Positions 47,669 to 57,480 of a stretch of 64,000 nucleotides of DNA are shown piece after piece; the stretch's first letter is position 1, and each line of letters begins with the position of its first letter. The notes below the pieces were generated by a model. It was not told where the DNA came from and ran no database searches. It worked only from the letters and a program-made list of their open reading frames with translations. This DNA is from a virus (taxonomy: Duplodnaviria; Caudoviricetes): IMG/VR virus record IMGVR_UViG_3300007754_000008, positions 921-64,920 of that record, one strand, 5' to 3'. The translations under genes and the position numbers were made by a program.

Positions 47669-48421
47669 ATGAACCAAGTAGCAGAAAAAAAGAATGGAGC
47701 ATTAGCAACAAATCTATTTGAAGCTGATGCTAATAAAGGTGCTCAAAACATTTCGCAGGAAGATCTTGCGTTGCCTTTCTTAAAAATTTTGGGCCAACTA
47801 TCTCCAGAGGTAAACAAAAGAGATGGTAAATATGTCGAAGGCGCAGAGCCAGGCAAAATCATAAACACTGTAACCAATAAGTTGTACGACACACTACAAG
47901 TTGTACCGGTCTTTTACAAAAGACAATACATTGAATGGCAGGACAGAGGTGCCAGCACTGGTGCACCTGTTGCAATTCACGAGGCAGACAGTGATATAGT
48001 AAGTCAAACCACAAGAGGTAAAGACTATAAAGACAGATTACCAAACGGTAATTATCTTGAGAATACTGCAAGTCACTTTGTATTAACTGTTGGTGATAAT
48101 CCATCTACAGCTTTGATTTCTATGAAATCTACTCAACTTAAAGTTAGTAGAAAATGGAACTCAATGATGATGGGTATCAAAATGCAGGGTAAAAATGGTT
48201 TGTTTACTCCGCCAACTTACAGCCACATTTATAAACTATCTACTGTTCAGATGTCTAACGACAAAGGAACATGGTTTGGTTGGGATGTAGCAAAAGTAGG
48301 CCTAGTTAAAGACAAAAATGTCTACGACATGGCAAAAGCTTTTGCAGAATCTGTAGGTAAAGGTGAGATTCAAACAAAACATGAAAACCAAGAAGTAAAA
48401 AAAGCTTCAGTAAATTTATAA
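47669..48421 (+). CDS. Putative ssDNA-binding/annealing protein
   Basis: DLALPFLKILGQLSPE, MKSTQLK.SRKWN, NDKGTW; position before primase. Confidence 0.55.
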   Translation: MNQVAEKKNGALATNLFEADANKGAQNISQEDLALPFLKILGQLSPEVNKRDGKYVEGAEPGKIINTVTNKLYDTLQVVPVFYKRQYIEWQDRGASTGAPVAIHEADSDIVSQTTRGKDYKDRLPNGNYLENTASHFVLTVGDNPSTALISMKSTQLKVSRKWNSMMMGIKMQGKNGLFTPPTYSHIYKLSTVQMSNDKGTWFGWDVAKVGLVKDKNVYDMAKAFAESVGKGEIQTKHENQEVKKASVNL

Positions 48422-48471
48422 TATCCTAGGTAGTGGGCGTCTAAGCGAGAGTGGAAACGCCCACGTTTATT

Positions 48472-50130
48472 ATGATAGAGAAATTTATAAATATATTTGA
48501 AGGTTTAGAACGAGCTTACGGTCAATTTAAAAAGAACGATAAAAAACTTGCTGTTAAAGTTGAAGGTAAGCCTTGGATAGAACATAAACCCCTTACAAAA
48601 CAACTTTGGGAGAACCATCTCAACGGCATAGGTAATAGACTCGGTATTTTTCCATTAAAAGATGATGGCACATGTAAATGGGGTGCAATAGATATTGACA
48701 TAAATAATTACGATTACGAAAATTTATTAAAAAAAATAAGAGAACTTAAACTACCACTGATAATGTTTAGATCAAAAAGTGGAAGAGCGCACGTTTATAT
48801 GTTTATGAAAGAATTTAGTAGCGCTGAAGAAGTACAATTAGTTATGAAAAAGTTTGCAGGTAAGTTGGGTCTTGCAGATATTTTAGATAGAGTCTATCCA
48901 ATGCAAACTTCTTTAGCGGATAAGAAAGATGGCTCTTGGCTTAACATGCCATACTTTAATCATGAAGAAGGAAGCACTTACGCATATACAGATGATTTTG
49001 AAGATGCTTCTATTGAACAGTTTTTTGAAATGTATGATCAGTATGCACAAACAGATTTAATAGATTATTTACAAGAAGAAGTTCCAGAAGTTGTTAAGAA
49101 AGTAAAAAAGCCAAAAGAAAAGACACTAGAAGATTTTTTATTACCATGCACAAAAAATTGTTTAAAGTTAAATAATAATAAAATACCAGATGAAAATCGA
49201 AATGATTATTTATTACATATGTATACCTGGTCTATGCGTGCAGTTGAAAAGGGTGTTAAAAAAATTACTGAATATAGTAAAATGGATGCTGTAACTTTGC
49301 TCAAATATTTTAATCAAGAATATATGGCCAGGCCGTTAGAAGAGAAAGAAATACAGGACACAATACTTAAATCAAAAGATAAAGAATACAAATACCTTTG
49401 CAAAAGACCTTTAATAAAAAAACACTGCGATGCCTCTGCATGTGTCAGACATCTTTGTGGAATAACTCCTGAGCAAGCCGCAGATTTGATAAAAGCAGAA
49501 CAGGCTGTTGGTGATATTACAGAGTATACAAGTAAGCCTCCGATATTTTATGAATCTGTTGATGTAAAAAAAAGAGTAGGTGATGGTTACATTAGAATAA
49601 ATGTTCCTATGCAAGGATCTGACATAATAGATAAGCAAAAATGGATAAACATATTAGCTAATGCAGGAAACTTTCCTCATCCAGCAATATTAAAAATGAA
49701 ACCAGGAGAATTTCACGCCTTTCAATATGCAAGACTAGATAAAAGAGTTTATGAAGAAGCAGATGAAGAGGCAAGTGATGATAACGAATTTAAAATAATG
49801 GTTTATTCTTTTATTAGAAAATCCACAGTTTCTTTTGATGATGGTGTTTTGTTAGAGGGGGGATGTTATGTAAATCAGAAAACTCATGATCTTGAGTTTA
49901 GATTAAATAGATTAGTAGAATATTTTAGATCTCAAAGAGACAACACGTCAGTAAAAAAAATATGTTTTAATCTTAAACATATTATGAAAGCTAAGAAAAA
50001 AAATGGAAAGATATACAACTCAATATCTAAAAAAGAAATATCTTGTCCAACATGGCATTTTATTTCTGACCCTGGACAGTATTCAGTATTAGGCGACGTC
50101 GCAAAAAAGATAGAACATGATAAAAATTAG
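48472..50130 (+). CDS. Putative AEP-type primase (primase-polymerase) domain protein
   Basis: WGAIDID (DxD), RSKSGRAHVY, LNMPY, PCT...RND, Cys cluster. Confidence 0.7.
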   Translation: MIEKFINIFEGLERAYGQFKKNDKKLAVKVEGKPWIEHKPLTKQLWENHLNGIGNRLGIFPLKDDGTCKWGAIDIDINNYDYENLLKKIRELKLPLIMFRSKSGRAHVYMFMKEFSSAEEVQLVMKKFAGKLGLADILDRVYPMQTSLADKKDGSWLNMPYFNHEEGSTYAYTDDFEDASIEQFFEMYDQYAQTDLIDYLQEEVPEVVKKVKKPKEKTLEDFLLPCTKNCLKLNNNKIPDENRNDYLLHMYTWSMRAVEKGVKKITEYSKMDAVTLLKYFNQEYMARPLEEKEIQDTILKSKDKEYKYLCKRPLIKKHCDASACVRHLCGITPEQAADLIKAEQAVGDITEYTSKPPIFYESVDVKKRVGDGYIRINVPMQGSDIIDKQKWINILANAGNFPHPAILKMKPGEFHAFQYARLDKRVYEEADEEASDDNEFKIMVYSFIRKSTVSFDDGVLLEGGCYVNQKTHDLEFRLNRLVEYFRSQRDNTSVKKICFNLKHIMKAKKKNGKIYNSISKKEISCPTWHFISDPGQYSVLGDVAKKIEHDKN

Positions 50131-51820
50131 AATAGCAGGACCACCAGGTACAGGTAAGACAACTAAATTAGTTGAAATATATTATAAACATTTAGTAGAA
50201 AAATACTCTCCTACAGATATGATAGTTATATCTCACACTAATACGGCAGCAGATCATATTAGAAGTAAAATATATGATGATGAAAGTATTGATGACTTTC
50301 AAAAGAAAACAGGTCATGAAATTTTTCATTTAGTAAAACAATCAAAAGCATCTTTGGAAGAAAATGTAACTACAGTTCATAAGTTTTGTAAGAATCGTAT
50401 AAAAGGAAAAGCTTTCTTAATTGAAGATTATGACATTTTAAAAACTTTGTATCCAATGTTTGATAAATACACATCAAATAAAAAATTTAACAGCGTACAA
50501 GGTTTGTTTGCAGCACATCCTTTTTTTAAATTTAAAAGTTATGCAAAAGATAATGGTCGAGAAGTATTAGATTACTATAGAAGTTTAACTTTTGAAGAAA
50601 AAGAAGACTATCAGTATACCGCTGAAGAATTAATTAAAATGCAAGAGTATTATATTAAATTTAAAGCTAATGAAAAAATTAATGGAAGAACTACAAAAAT
50701 AATTGACTTTCAAGACATGGTAGAGGACTTTTATAATAACAAAGAAGAATCAGAAAAATTATGTAAGGATATAAAAATATTAATAGTCGATGAGGCACAA
50801 GACTCAAGTGTAATACAGAGAAAAGCTGAAGAAGTAATGTCAAAGAATGTAGATTACTTCTACAAAGCAGGAGATCCAGACCAGTCTATATTTGAGTTTG
50901 CAGGAGCTGATCCTGATTCTTTTCATAAGGAGTTTGCTAATCCAGAAACAGAACTAGAAGATGGTTATCGATGTCCAAGAGTTATAAACGAATACTGTAA
51001 AAAGATAATACAAGATATCTGGCGAGAATATAATTATACCAGAGTATGGAAACCACGAGAAGAATTAGATGAAAACGGAAACAGAACAGGTGTGGTTGTA
51101 GAGGGAGAAATGTATTATTTATCAGATTTGGCGCAAGACCCTTTTGCGTCAGAATTAAAAAATAGAATATTAAATACAGATGAAAACTTTATGTTTACTT
51201 ATAGAGGTGGTGAACCAAGAGATATGATAAACTATATCATGCAGATAGGAATTCCTGTTAAAATACCAGATAAGGAAAAAAGTAAATTTAAATTTAAATA
51301 TCCAACCAGCGACGTTAAAAACCAAAGAGAATTCTTGGGTTTTTCAAAAGGCGAACACAAATCTTTAACTAAAATTAAAGCGATGTTTAAAGGTATGGAC
51401 CCACAATATCAATTAAAAACAATTGAACAATTAGAAGCTGTAGACAGTGGTAGCTATGATCTTAAGTGGTTAGTCGACAAAGGGTTTGTCGTCCCTGGTG
51501 TAAAAAATATAGATGACTTTCAAAAGATTAGTAAAGTTCCAACAATTCAAATGAAAAATTACATTAGAGAAATTGTCAACAACAATAGAGACTTAGAAAA
51601 GAAAAGAGTGTTTTTAGAAAACATACATACAATTAAAGGTAAAGAATTCGATAACGTGGTATTTGATTTTAAATTAACAAGACAAGAAAAACCGTTTTCA
51701 AAAAAGAGAATGAAGTTTGTTGCATGTTCTCGTGCAAGGAAAACTTTATGGTTATTAAAAAGTACAGCTAATTTAACATTTGCAGGAAAGGAGGATACTT
51801 ATGAGCAAAGTTTGGGATAA
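50117..51820 (+). CDS. UvrD/Rep-like SF1 helicase
   Basis: GPPGTGKT, VDEAQD, GDPDQSIF.FAGA, YRCP, IHTIKGKEFDNV, VACSRAR. Confidence 0.92.
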   Translation: MIKIRIAGPPGTGKTTKLVEIYYKHLVEKYSPTDMIVISHTNTAADHIRSKIYDDESIDDFQKKTGHEIFHLVKQSKASLEENVTTVHKFCKNRIKGKAFLIEDYDILKTLYPMFDKYTSNKKFNSVQGLFAAHPFFKFKSYAKDNGREVLDYYRSLTFEEKEDYQYTAEELIKMQEYYIKFKANEKINGRTTKIIDFQDMVEDFYNNKEESEKLCKDIKILIVDEAQDSSVIQRKAEEVMSKNVDYFYKAGDPDQSIFEFAGADPDSFHKEFANPETELEDGYRCPRVINEYCKKIIQDIWREYNYTRVWKPREELDENGNRTGVVVEGEMYYLSDLAQDPFASELKNRILNTDENFMFTYRGGEPRDMINYIMQIGIPVKIPDKEKSKFKFKYPTSDVKNQREFLGFSKGEHKSLTKIKAMFKGMDPQYQLKTIEQLEAVDSGSYDLKWLVDKGFVVPGVKNIDDFQKISKVPTIQMKNYIREIVNNNRDLEKKRVFLENIHTIKGKEFDNVVFDFKLTRQEKPFSKKRMKFVACSRARKTLWLLKSTANLTFAGKEDTYEQSLG

Positions 51821-52046
51821 ACAACACGGAGGATCACATTATCAAAAATTTAAAATTCAACCAAGTAAATTTGTTGTGGAAAACGAATTGCTTTTTCCAG
51901 AAGGGTGCGCTATAAAATATATCTGTCGTCACAGATTGAAAGGAAAAAGAGAGGATATATTGAAGGCTATACACTTTTTAGAAATGATACTTGAAAGAGA
52001 TTATAAAGAAGTAGAAAAATCAAACACATGGGGGATAGTTAAATGA
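51801..52046 (+). CDS. DUF3310 / T7 gp1.7-like putative nucleotide kinase
   Basis: QHGGSHY...IQP...EG.AIKY.CR...KG..EDI.KAIHFL. Confidence 0.8.
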   Translation: MSKVWDKQHGGSHYQKFKIQPSKFVVENELLFPEGCAIKYICRHRLKGKREDILKAIHFLEMILERDYKEVEKSNTWGIVK

Positions 52047-54034
52047 TACCAGAATTAGACGAATTAGATGCAATAACAAATGGTGATGTTGTTGCTGTCG
52101 ACTTAGAGACGCACGATCCATACCTCAAGACTCACGGATCAGGGGCCATAATAGGTAAAGGTAAAGTATGTGGTATTGCTGTAGCATTTAAAGATGTGAA
52201 ATTATATTACCCGATAGCACACAAAGGAGACAACCATGGTGTAAATAGAGTCTGGAAAAAATTAAATAAAACAATCTTTCAAAACGAAAATATAACTAAA
52301 GTATTTCACAATGCTATGTACGACGTTTGTTGGATACGTGCAGCTACACGTATGATGTTAAAAGGACCTATATACGATACCATGATCGCGGCATCTATTA
52401 TTGATGAAAACAGACAAAAATACAGTCTAGATTCCTTAGCAAAAGATTATTTAAATGATAATAAATATAAATATGATTTAACAGATAAATCAAAAAGAGA
52501 TCACGGTATATCCGATCCAATGACTAACATGCATGAACTACCATATGATTTAGTTGCAGAATATGCAGAACAGGACGTGTCACTTACACTACGACTTTGG
52601 AACAAATTTGAAAAGATAATTAAAACTCCTATAGGAACAGAATCAAAAAATAAAAAAACTTTAGAAAATATATTTGATATTGAAACAAGATTGTTTCCGT
52701 GTCTTGTTGATATGAGATTTTTAGGAGTAAGAGTTGATGAAGAGAAAGCAAAAACATTTGGCGACACTCTTAAAAAAGAACAAGCAGAAATATTAAAAAC
52801 AATAAAAAGAGAAACTAATCTTAATATAGATATTTGGGCTGCAGATTCTATTCAGCCTTTACTAGATCATCAAAAAATTACAGATTATAAAGTTACGCCT
52901 AAAACAGGACGAGCTAGTATAACAAAACTATATTTAGAATCACACACAAATAAGTATTTAAAAATGATTGCAAAAGCCAGACAGTTAGATAAACTATTCA
53001 ACACTTTTGTAATCGGTATTTTAAAATTTATACACAAAGGCAGAATACACGCAGACATAAATCAAATAAGATCAGACCAAGGGGGAACAGTTACCGGTAG
53101 ATTTTCTATGCGTAATCCGAACCTACAACAGATTCCAGCACGAAGTGAGTTAGGTAGTAAAATAAGAGAATTATTTCTGCCAGAAAAAGGTCACAAGTGG
53201 GGATCATTTGACTACTCACAACAAGAGCCTAGACTGGTCGTGCACTATGCTTTGAAGAATGGCTTCCATGGAGCCGAGGAAATGGCCGAAGAATATAATG
53301 AGAACCCGAGCACTGATTTTCACAAAATCGTTGCTAGAATGGCTAAAATCACCAGGAAACAGGCAAAAACGATTAACTTAGGCTTATTCTATGGAATGGG
53401 TAAGAATAAACTAGCTAGATCTTTAGAATTAGAAAACGACGAAGCAAAAGAATTATTTGAAAAATACCACAGTCAAGTGCCTTTTGTGCGTAAATTATCA
53501 CAAGGGCTACAAGATTTTGCAGAAAGAAATAAAAACATATACACTTTAGAAGACAGATTCTGTAGGTTTGATAAATGGGAACCCATAAATAAGGAATGGA
53601 ACGCTGAGAAAGGTATATTTGAAATAAGTGAATACAAAGAAGTTGATGGCGTAAAACAGATAGTTAAATCACCTGTGCCTATTCTAAAAAAAGAAGAAGC
53701 AGAACACAGGTATCTTGCAGAGCTTACTAAAAATTCTCAACCAGGGGATGCTAATCTTAAATACTTTGATAAACACTATAGACCAGCATTTACTTACAAA
53801 GCTTTAAACAGATTGATACAAGGATCAGCAGCAGATATGACAAAAAAGGCTATGGTAAAGCTTTATGAACAAGGTATAGTGCCTCATATACAAATTCATG
53901 ATGAACTTTGTTTTTCAATAAGTAATGACGATCAAGCTGTAAAAATAAAAAATATTATGAAGAATGTTATAAAATTAAAAGTTCCTAATAAAGTGGACTA
54001 TGAATCTGGACCTAATTGGGGTAATATAAAATAG
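52043..54034 (+). CDS. polA: Family A DNA polymerase with 3'-5' exonuclease domain
   Basis: VDLET, HNAMYD, TGRFS...PNLQQIP, DYSQQEPR, AKTINLGLFYGMG, IQGSAAD, QIHDEL. Confidence 0.96.
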   Translation: MIPELDELDAITNGDVVAVDLETHDPYLKTHGSGAIIGKGKVCGIAVAFKDVKLYYPIAHKGDNHGVNRVWKKLNKTIFQNENITKVFHNAMYDVCWIRAATRMMLKGPIYDTMIAASIIDENRQKYSLDSLAKDYLNDNKYKYDLTDKSKRDHGISDPMTNMHELPYDLVAEYAEQDVSLTLRLWNKFEKIIKTPIGTESKNKKTLENIFDIETRLFPCLVDMRFLGVRVDEEKAKTFGDTLKKEQAEILKTIKRETNLNIDIWAADSIQPLLDHQKITDYKVTPKTGRASITKLYLESHTNKYLKMIAKARQLDKLFNTFVIGILKFIHKGRIHADINQIRSDQGGTVTGRFSMRNPNLQQIPARSELGSKIRELFLPEKGHKWGSFDYSQQEPRLVVHYALKNGFHGAEEMAEEYNENPSTDFHKIVARMAKITRKQAKTINLGLFYGMGKNKLARSLELENDEAKELFEKYHSQVPFVRKLSQGLQDFAERNKNIYTLEDRFCRFDKWEPINKEWNAEKGIFEISEYKEVDGVKQIVKSPVPILKKEEAEHRYLAELTKNSQPGDANLKYFDKHYRPAFTYKALNRLIQGSAADMTKKAMVKLYEQGIVPHIQIHDELCFSISNDDQAVKIKNIMKNVIKLKVPNKVDYESGPNWGNIK

Positions 54035-54043
54035 GAGGAAAAT

Positions 54044-54139
54044 ATGGAAAAAGTAAAACAAGTATGGGCACTAGCTGTAGCTAATAAAAAAATAGCTATT
54101 GGTGTGGTTGTTGCTATTATCATAATAATCTTAATATAA
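54044..54139 (+). CDS. Small membrane peptide (31 aa)
   Basis: Not in ORF track; AGGAGG RBS; KKIAIGVVVAIIIIILI. Confidence 0.65.
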   Translation: MEKVKQVWALAVANKKIAIGVVVAIIIIILI

Positions 54140-54152
54140 TATTTTATGATAC

Positions 54153-54803
54153 ATGGCCTATTTAAATGCAAACATTCCTGTGACTTATGCACAGATCAGG
54201 AGAGAATATCTCTATGACCTTACCGGACATCATGGAGAAGCTGAAGACTGTATTATCTTTGGCTTGGCATCGATTACAGGGCGGCCTATACTCTTTCATG
54301 CAATTATGGAAAATGGTGCTGTCTTCTATCGTCTCCCTATTTCAGCCTTCATTCAAAGAGGATTTGATGTCCAGGAAGTACCTAGGTATAGACTTGATGA
54401 GTTGGAGCTCTGGAATTGCTTTAGTTACTATCCTGCTGTTACTTCTTATGATCTCTTAGACGGACAATCAGGAAAATTTTTAGGTAAAGATAAAAAATGG
54501 CGCAAAGGTGCTTATTTATTTACTGTTGACTGGGCACATCCAGAGAGTAATATAGTAGATACAGATCATTCTGAAATTCCGCACGAACACAAGTGCGCAC
54601 ACATAATGGCCTTGGAAGATGGCAATTATGCTGCCCAACCCAACAATAGAATTATATGGAATATTCCATCTTTTACTGTTAAAGATGAAGTTCCGTTTGA
54701 TTGGAAGGTCCAAACTTCCGATTGGAATGTTGAAGATAGTGGTAAATGGAAAACAGAAGACACCGATAAGTTCTTCTATGATGTGGAGGAAAAAGATGGT
54801 TAA
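54153..54803 (+). CDS. Conserved phage hypothetical protein
   Basis: 216-aa ORF; YLFTVDW, EHKCAH, AAQPNNR. Confidence 0.8.
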   Translation: MAYLNANIPVTYAQIRREYLYDLTGHHGEAEDCIIFGLASITGRPILFHAIMENGAVFYRLPISAFIQRGFDVQEVPRYRLDELELWNCFSYYPAVTSYDLLDGQSGKFLGKDKKWRKGAYLFTVDWAHPESNIVDTDHSEIPHEHKCAHIMALEDGNYAAQPNNRIIWNIPSFTVKDEVPFDWKVQTSDWNVEDSGKWKTEDTDKFFYDVEEKDG

Positions 54804-54848
54804 AAAATTATGGAAAAAATTTATAAACTGGCTTTTTGACTGGCAAAA

Positions 54849-55031
54849 ATGAATAAATGTAAACGATGCAATCATGACTGCCATTGTGGAGGCAGAGAAC
54901 ATATTGATGAATATAGAGATATTTGTCAATGTGGACAATGTGATTGTCAACAAGGTAAAGCTGAAGATTCAACATATGAAAACAACGGTGTTGTTGTCGA
55001 TGACACTGGAGAATGTGATAGCTGTCAATGA
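54849..55031 (+). CDS. Cys-rich metallothionein-like small protein
   Basis: CKRCNHDCHC, CQCGQCDC, C-terminal ECDSCQ. Confidence 0.65.
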   Translation: MNKCKRCNHDCHCGGREHIDEYRDICQCGQCDCQQGKAEDSTYENNGVVVDDTGECDSCQ

Positions 55032-55282
55032 TTGAAAAATTAATGACAATGCTGGTAGGAATTTTATTGGCTCTAGCTGGCTGGAGTCTATCTAGAACAT
55101 TTGAACTTTCAACTATTCAGGCAGTCCACGAAGATAAAGTACACAAACTAGAAAGACACGTAGAAAAATTACAAGATAAAATGGATCAGATGATGGATTC
55201 AGATGAAGAAATTATGGAGCAACATAAAAAATTATTTGAAGCTTTAGAAAATCAACCATCAACAGGGTATAATTATAACTAA
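55028..55282 (+). CDS. N-terminal TM plus coiled-coil protein
   Basis: LMTMLVGILLALAGW followed by heptad pattern. Confidence 0.7.
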   Translation: MIEKLMTMLVGILLALAGWSLSRTFELSTIQAVHEDKVHKLERHVEKLQDKMDQMMDSDEEIMEQHKKLFEALENQPSTGYNYN

Positions 55283-55695
55283 TGGCACTTAAAATTTCTG
55301 AAGAAGCCGCCGTACAAATGCCGATGAAAACGGTAGCCTCGCTGATCGCGATGGTCGCGATTGGTACCTGGGCATATTTTGGAATCATTGAGACTCAAAA
55401 CAAAATTTTAACACAAGTAGAACTAATGGCTAAAGATTTAACTGAAAATACAGAATTTAGAATCAAATGGCCGCGGGGTCAACTTGGTTCGCTTCCGGCA
55501 GATTCCGAACAATTTATGATGATCGAGGATTTATACAAGACCACGGAGAAGATAAATGCACACATAGAGAATATGGCTTTAAACAAGGTCAACATAGAAT
55601 TTTTAAGAAAACAAATGGATAAAGTTTTAGAAGATATAGAAGAATTAAAAGACGCTAATAGAGAAATCCATTATAAAAATGGAGGCCAACAATGA
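55282..55695 (+). CDS. TM plus coiled-coil protein
   Basis: VASLIAMVAIGTWAYFG; coiled-coil C-terminus. Confidence 0.75.
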   Translation: MALKISEEAAVQMPMKTVASLIAMVAIGTWAYFGIIETQNKILTQVELMAKDLTENTEFRIKWPRGQLGSLPADSEQFMMIEDLYKTTEKINAHIENMALNKVNIEFLRKQMDKVLEDIEELKDANREIHYKNGGQQ

Positions 55696-55904
55696 TTGAA
55701 GCTGTTATAGGATTATTAATGTTTGTAGGAGGAGAGATCAAGGAGGCACGTATTCAAGACTCGATGGGAGTTTGTCTTCGACATAAACGTGAAGCTGAAA
55801 GGACCTATTCTGAATCAGTAACCTACAAATGTTGGAAAGGTAAAGCTGAATTAGAAGATAATATTGATGGCTCTAAATCAATTAAAAAATTAATTATTGA
55901 ATAA
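55692..55904 (+). CDS. Small hypothetical protein (possibly exported, two Cys)
   Basis: GGAGG RBS, hydrophobic N-terminus. Confidence 0.7.
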   Translation: MIEAVIGLLMFVGGEIKEARIQDSMGVCLRHKREAERTYSESVTYKCWKGKAELEDNIDGSKSIKKLIIE

Positions 55905-55906
55905 TC

Positions 55907-56098
55907 ATGGCTAAACAAAACGCATTACAACGAATAGACTCTCACGAAAAATTATGCAGAATTATGCAGAAACAAACTTACGAAAAAATGCACAAACTAG
56001 AAAAACAAATTAATAGAATAGAAAGTATTCTATTAGTATCTGTAGGGGCTTTAATTACTGGTATGGCCTACGTTATATTTACTCTGCTAACAAAATAG
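55907..56098 (+). CDS. XhlA-like small membrane protein (coiled coil plus C-terminal TM)
   Basis: IDSHEKLC...RIESILLVSVGALITGMAYVIF. Confidence 0.6.
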   Translation: MAKQNALQRIDSHEKLCRIMQKQTYEKMHKLEKQINRIESILLVSVGALITGMAYVIFTLLTK

Positions 56099-56220
56099 TG
56101 AATCAAAAAAAGAACCCGATTGCAAAGATTTTAAGAAATAGACGTTATCGTCAACTTGTGGTAAAAAATAAGAAAATATATAATAGAAAAAAAAACAATG
56201 ACAAGATTCGACAAGATTAA
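56098..56220 (+). CDS. ArfA-like basic peptide (40 aa)
   Basis: Not in ORF track; GTG overlaps TAG; NPIAKILRNRRYRQLVVKNKKIYNRKK. Confidence 0.55.
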   Translation: MNQKKNPIAKILRNRRYRQLVVKNKKIYNRKKNNDKIRQD

Positions 56221-56413
56221 TATTCCAACACAAGTTGTAAATGGAAACTGTCCGTACTGTGGTGAAGAAAGTATATTTGTTTCTATATACAAAACTATTT
56301 TTAGATGCATAACATGTGGCTCAGACATTGAACAAAAAATAAATGGTAAAATTAGTTATATGCCTCACGTTACAGGCAAAGATGAAATTAATATAAGACA
56401 ATTTAATGAGTAA
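56198..56413 (+). CDS. Zn-ribbon protein
   Basis: CPYC...CITC. Confidence 0.75.
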   Translation: MTRFDKINIPTQVVNGNCPYCGEESIFVSIYKTIFRCITCGSDIEQKINGKISYMPHVTGKDEINIRQFNE

Positions 56414-56549
56414 AAAAAGCTCTTTTGGTAAAATAACTAAACCTCAACGCGATAAACCTAGAAAAAGACCTGGACGTCACAAGAAAAACCGTAATAAACA
56501 CGAAAAAAGAATGGGAAAATATCGTGGAAAAGGTAAAAAAGGGCATTGA
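56406..56549 (+). CDS. Very basic peptide (47 aa, ...KPRKRPGRHKK...KYRGKGKK)
   Basis: Not in ORF track; overlaps the upstream stop. Confidence 0.6.
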   Translation: MSKKSSFGKITKPQRDKPRKRPGRHKKNRNKHEKRMGKYRGKGKKGH

Positions 56550-56574
56550 CAAACATCCCTAGATATCCTATATA
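56546..56574 (+). promoter_or_regulatory. Sigma70-type promoter for a probably leaderless mRNA
   Basis: TTGACA-N17-TATATA; ATG 56581 starts 7 nt after the last -10 base. Confidence 0.7.
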
Positions 56575-56580
56575 TAGGAC

Positions 56581-56817
56581 ATGAAAGACAGAGAAATAAA
56601 TATAAACGTAACTAATATAACACCTAAACAATGGACTAATTTAGTTATAGAATTAAATCTTATGGCAAATGCCTGGAAACCATATGGTCCTAAAATAAAA
56701 CTAAAAACTAGAAATTTTGAAAGGATTATTAAATGGGGAAGGGTCACAGGTGACACTACTCGACCAAATAAACGAAGCCGCAAAAAATTGGGACAGGACG
56801 AAGAATTCGAAGTATAA
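56581..56817 (+). CDS. Hypothetical protein
   Basis: ORF directly after promoter. Confidence 0.7.
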   Translation: MKDREININVTNITPKQWTNLVIELNLMANAWKPYGPKIKLKTRNFERIIKWGRVTGDTTRPNKRSRKKLGQDEEFEV

Positions 56818-57023
56818 TGGACCTAATAATTTGGAACGACGAACTGTATCAACTGATTCCAGTGACAAAGAAGATGTTAGAGGGAATTGTAATAACAGCT
56901 GAGACAGATTGTTTTGAACTGTGTGATATATTGAGATTAAAATTAACGGGTTATGTAACTGAATTAAATTTACATATCATGAATGATGGTAGTGGAAACT
57001 GGATTGGTTGTATGTGTAAATGA
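56817..57023 (+). CDS. Hypothetical protein
   Basis: TAATG coupling; CFELC. Confidence 0.65.
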   Translation: MDLIIWNDELYQLIPVTKKMLEGIVITAETDCFELCDILRLKLTGYVTELNLHIMNDGSGNWIGCMCK

Positions 57024-57124
57024 AAAAAAATAAAACATTACATGGATATTACTATGACGGTAAAACCGCATGGGAACTGTGGATAGACGATGATGGTAAT
57101 ATTACTCAAAAGAAAATGAAATAA
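57020..57124 (+). CDS. Small hypothetical peptide (34 aa, MKKNKTLHGYYYDG...)
   Basis: Not in ORF track; ATGA coupling; followed by hairpin 57123-57157. Confidence 0.5.
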   Translation: MKKNKTLHGYYYDGKTAWELWIDDDGNITQKKMK

Positions 57125-57205
57125 ACCTACCCCAAGAGGGATTAAAGGGATAGGTTATTGTGGTGAGAAGTCTTAGCCTTTACCACAATTCTGCCACATT
57201 GTCAA

Positions 57206-57424
57206 TTACGTATTGGTGTCTGGAACTTGCTGACAATAAAATTTTATAATAGTCCCATACTTATTCACATCTGAGGGTCCTATTTCTTTAGCCTTTTTTA
57301 CAGACTCTTCATAGCCCGCCATAATGCATTCATAATGAGTGGGGTAATCCCCTGGCATTTGATGAGGGGCCATGCACTGTTGATAAACACTCGTGCAAAT
57401 AATCATACTTAATATAAATTTCAT
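57206..57424 (-). CDS. Small exported-type Cys-containing protein
   Basis: MKFILSMIIC signal-like start, four Cys. Confidence 0.65.
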   Translation of the reverse strand: MKFILSMIICTSVYQQCMAPHQMPGDYPTHYECIMAGYEESVKKAKEIGPSDVNKYGTIIKFYCQQVPDTNT

Positions 57425-57480
57425 CTTGACAAATCTCCATTCAATCCTATATAGTCATCAGAAATAAATGAAAGGAACAT

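Noticed and set aside
56717-56902. Overlapping ORF (VTLLDQINEAAKNW...) as a firm gene
   Set aside because: Overlaps two better-supported ORFs throughout; could be a remnant but cannot be supported from this sequence alone
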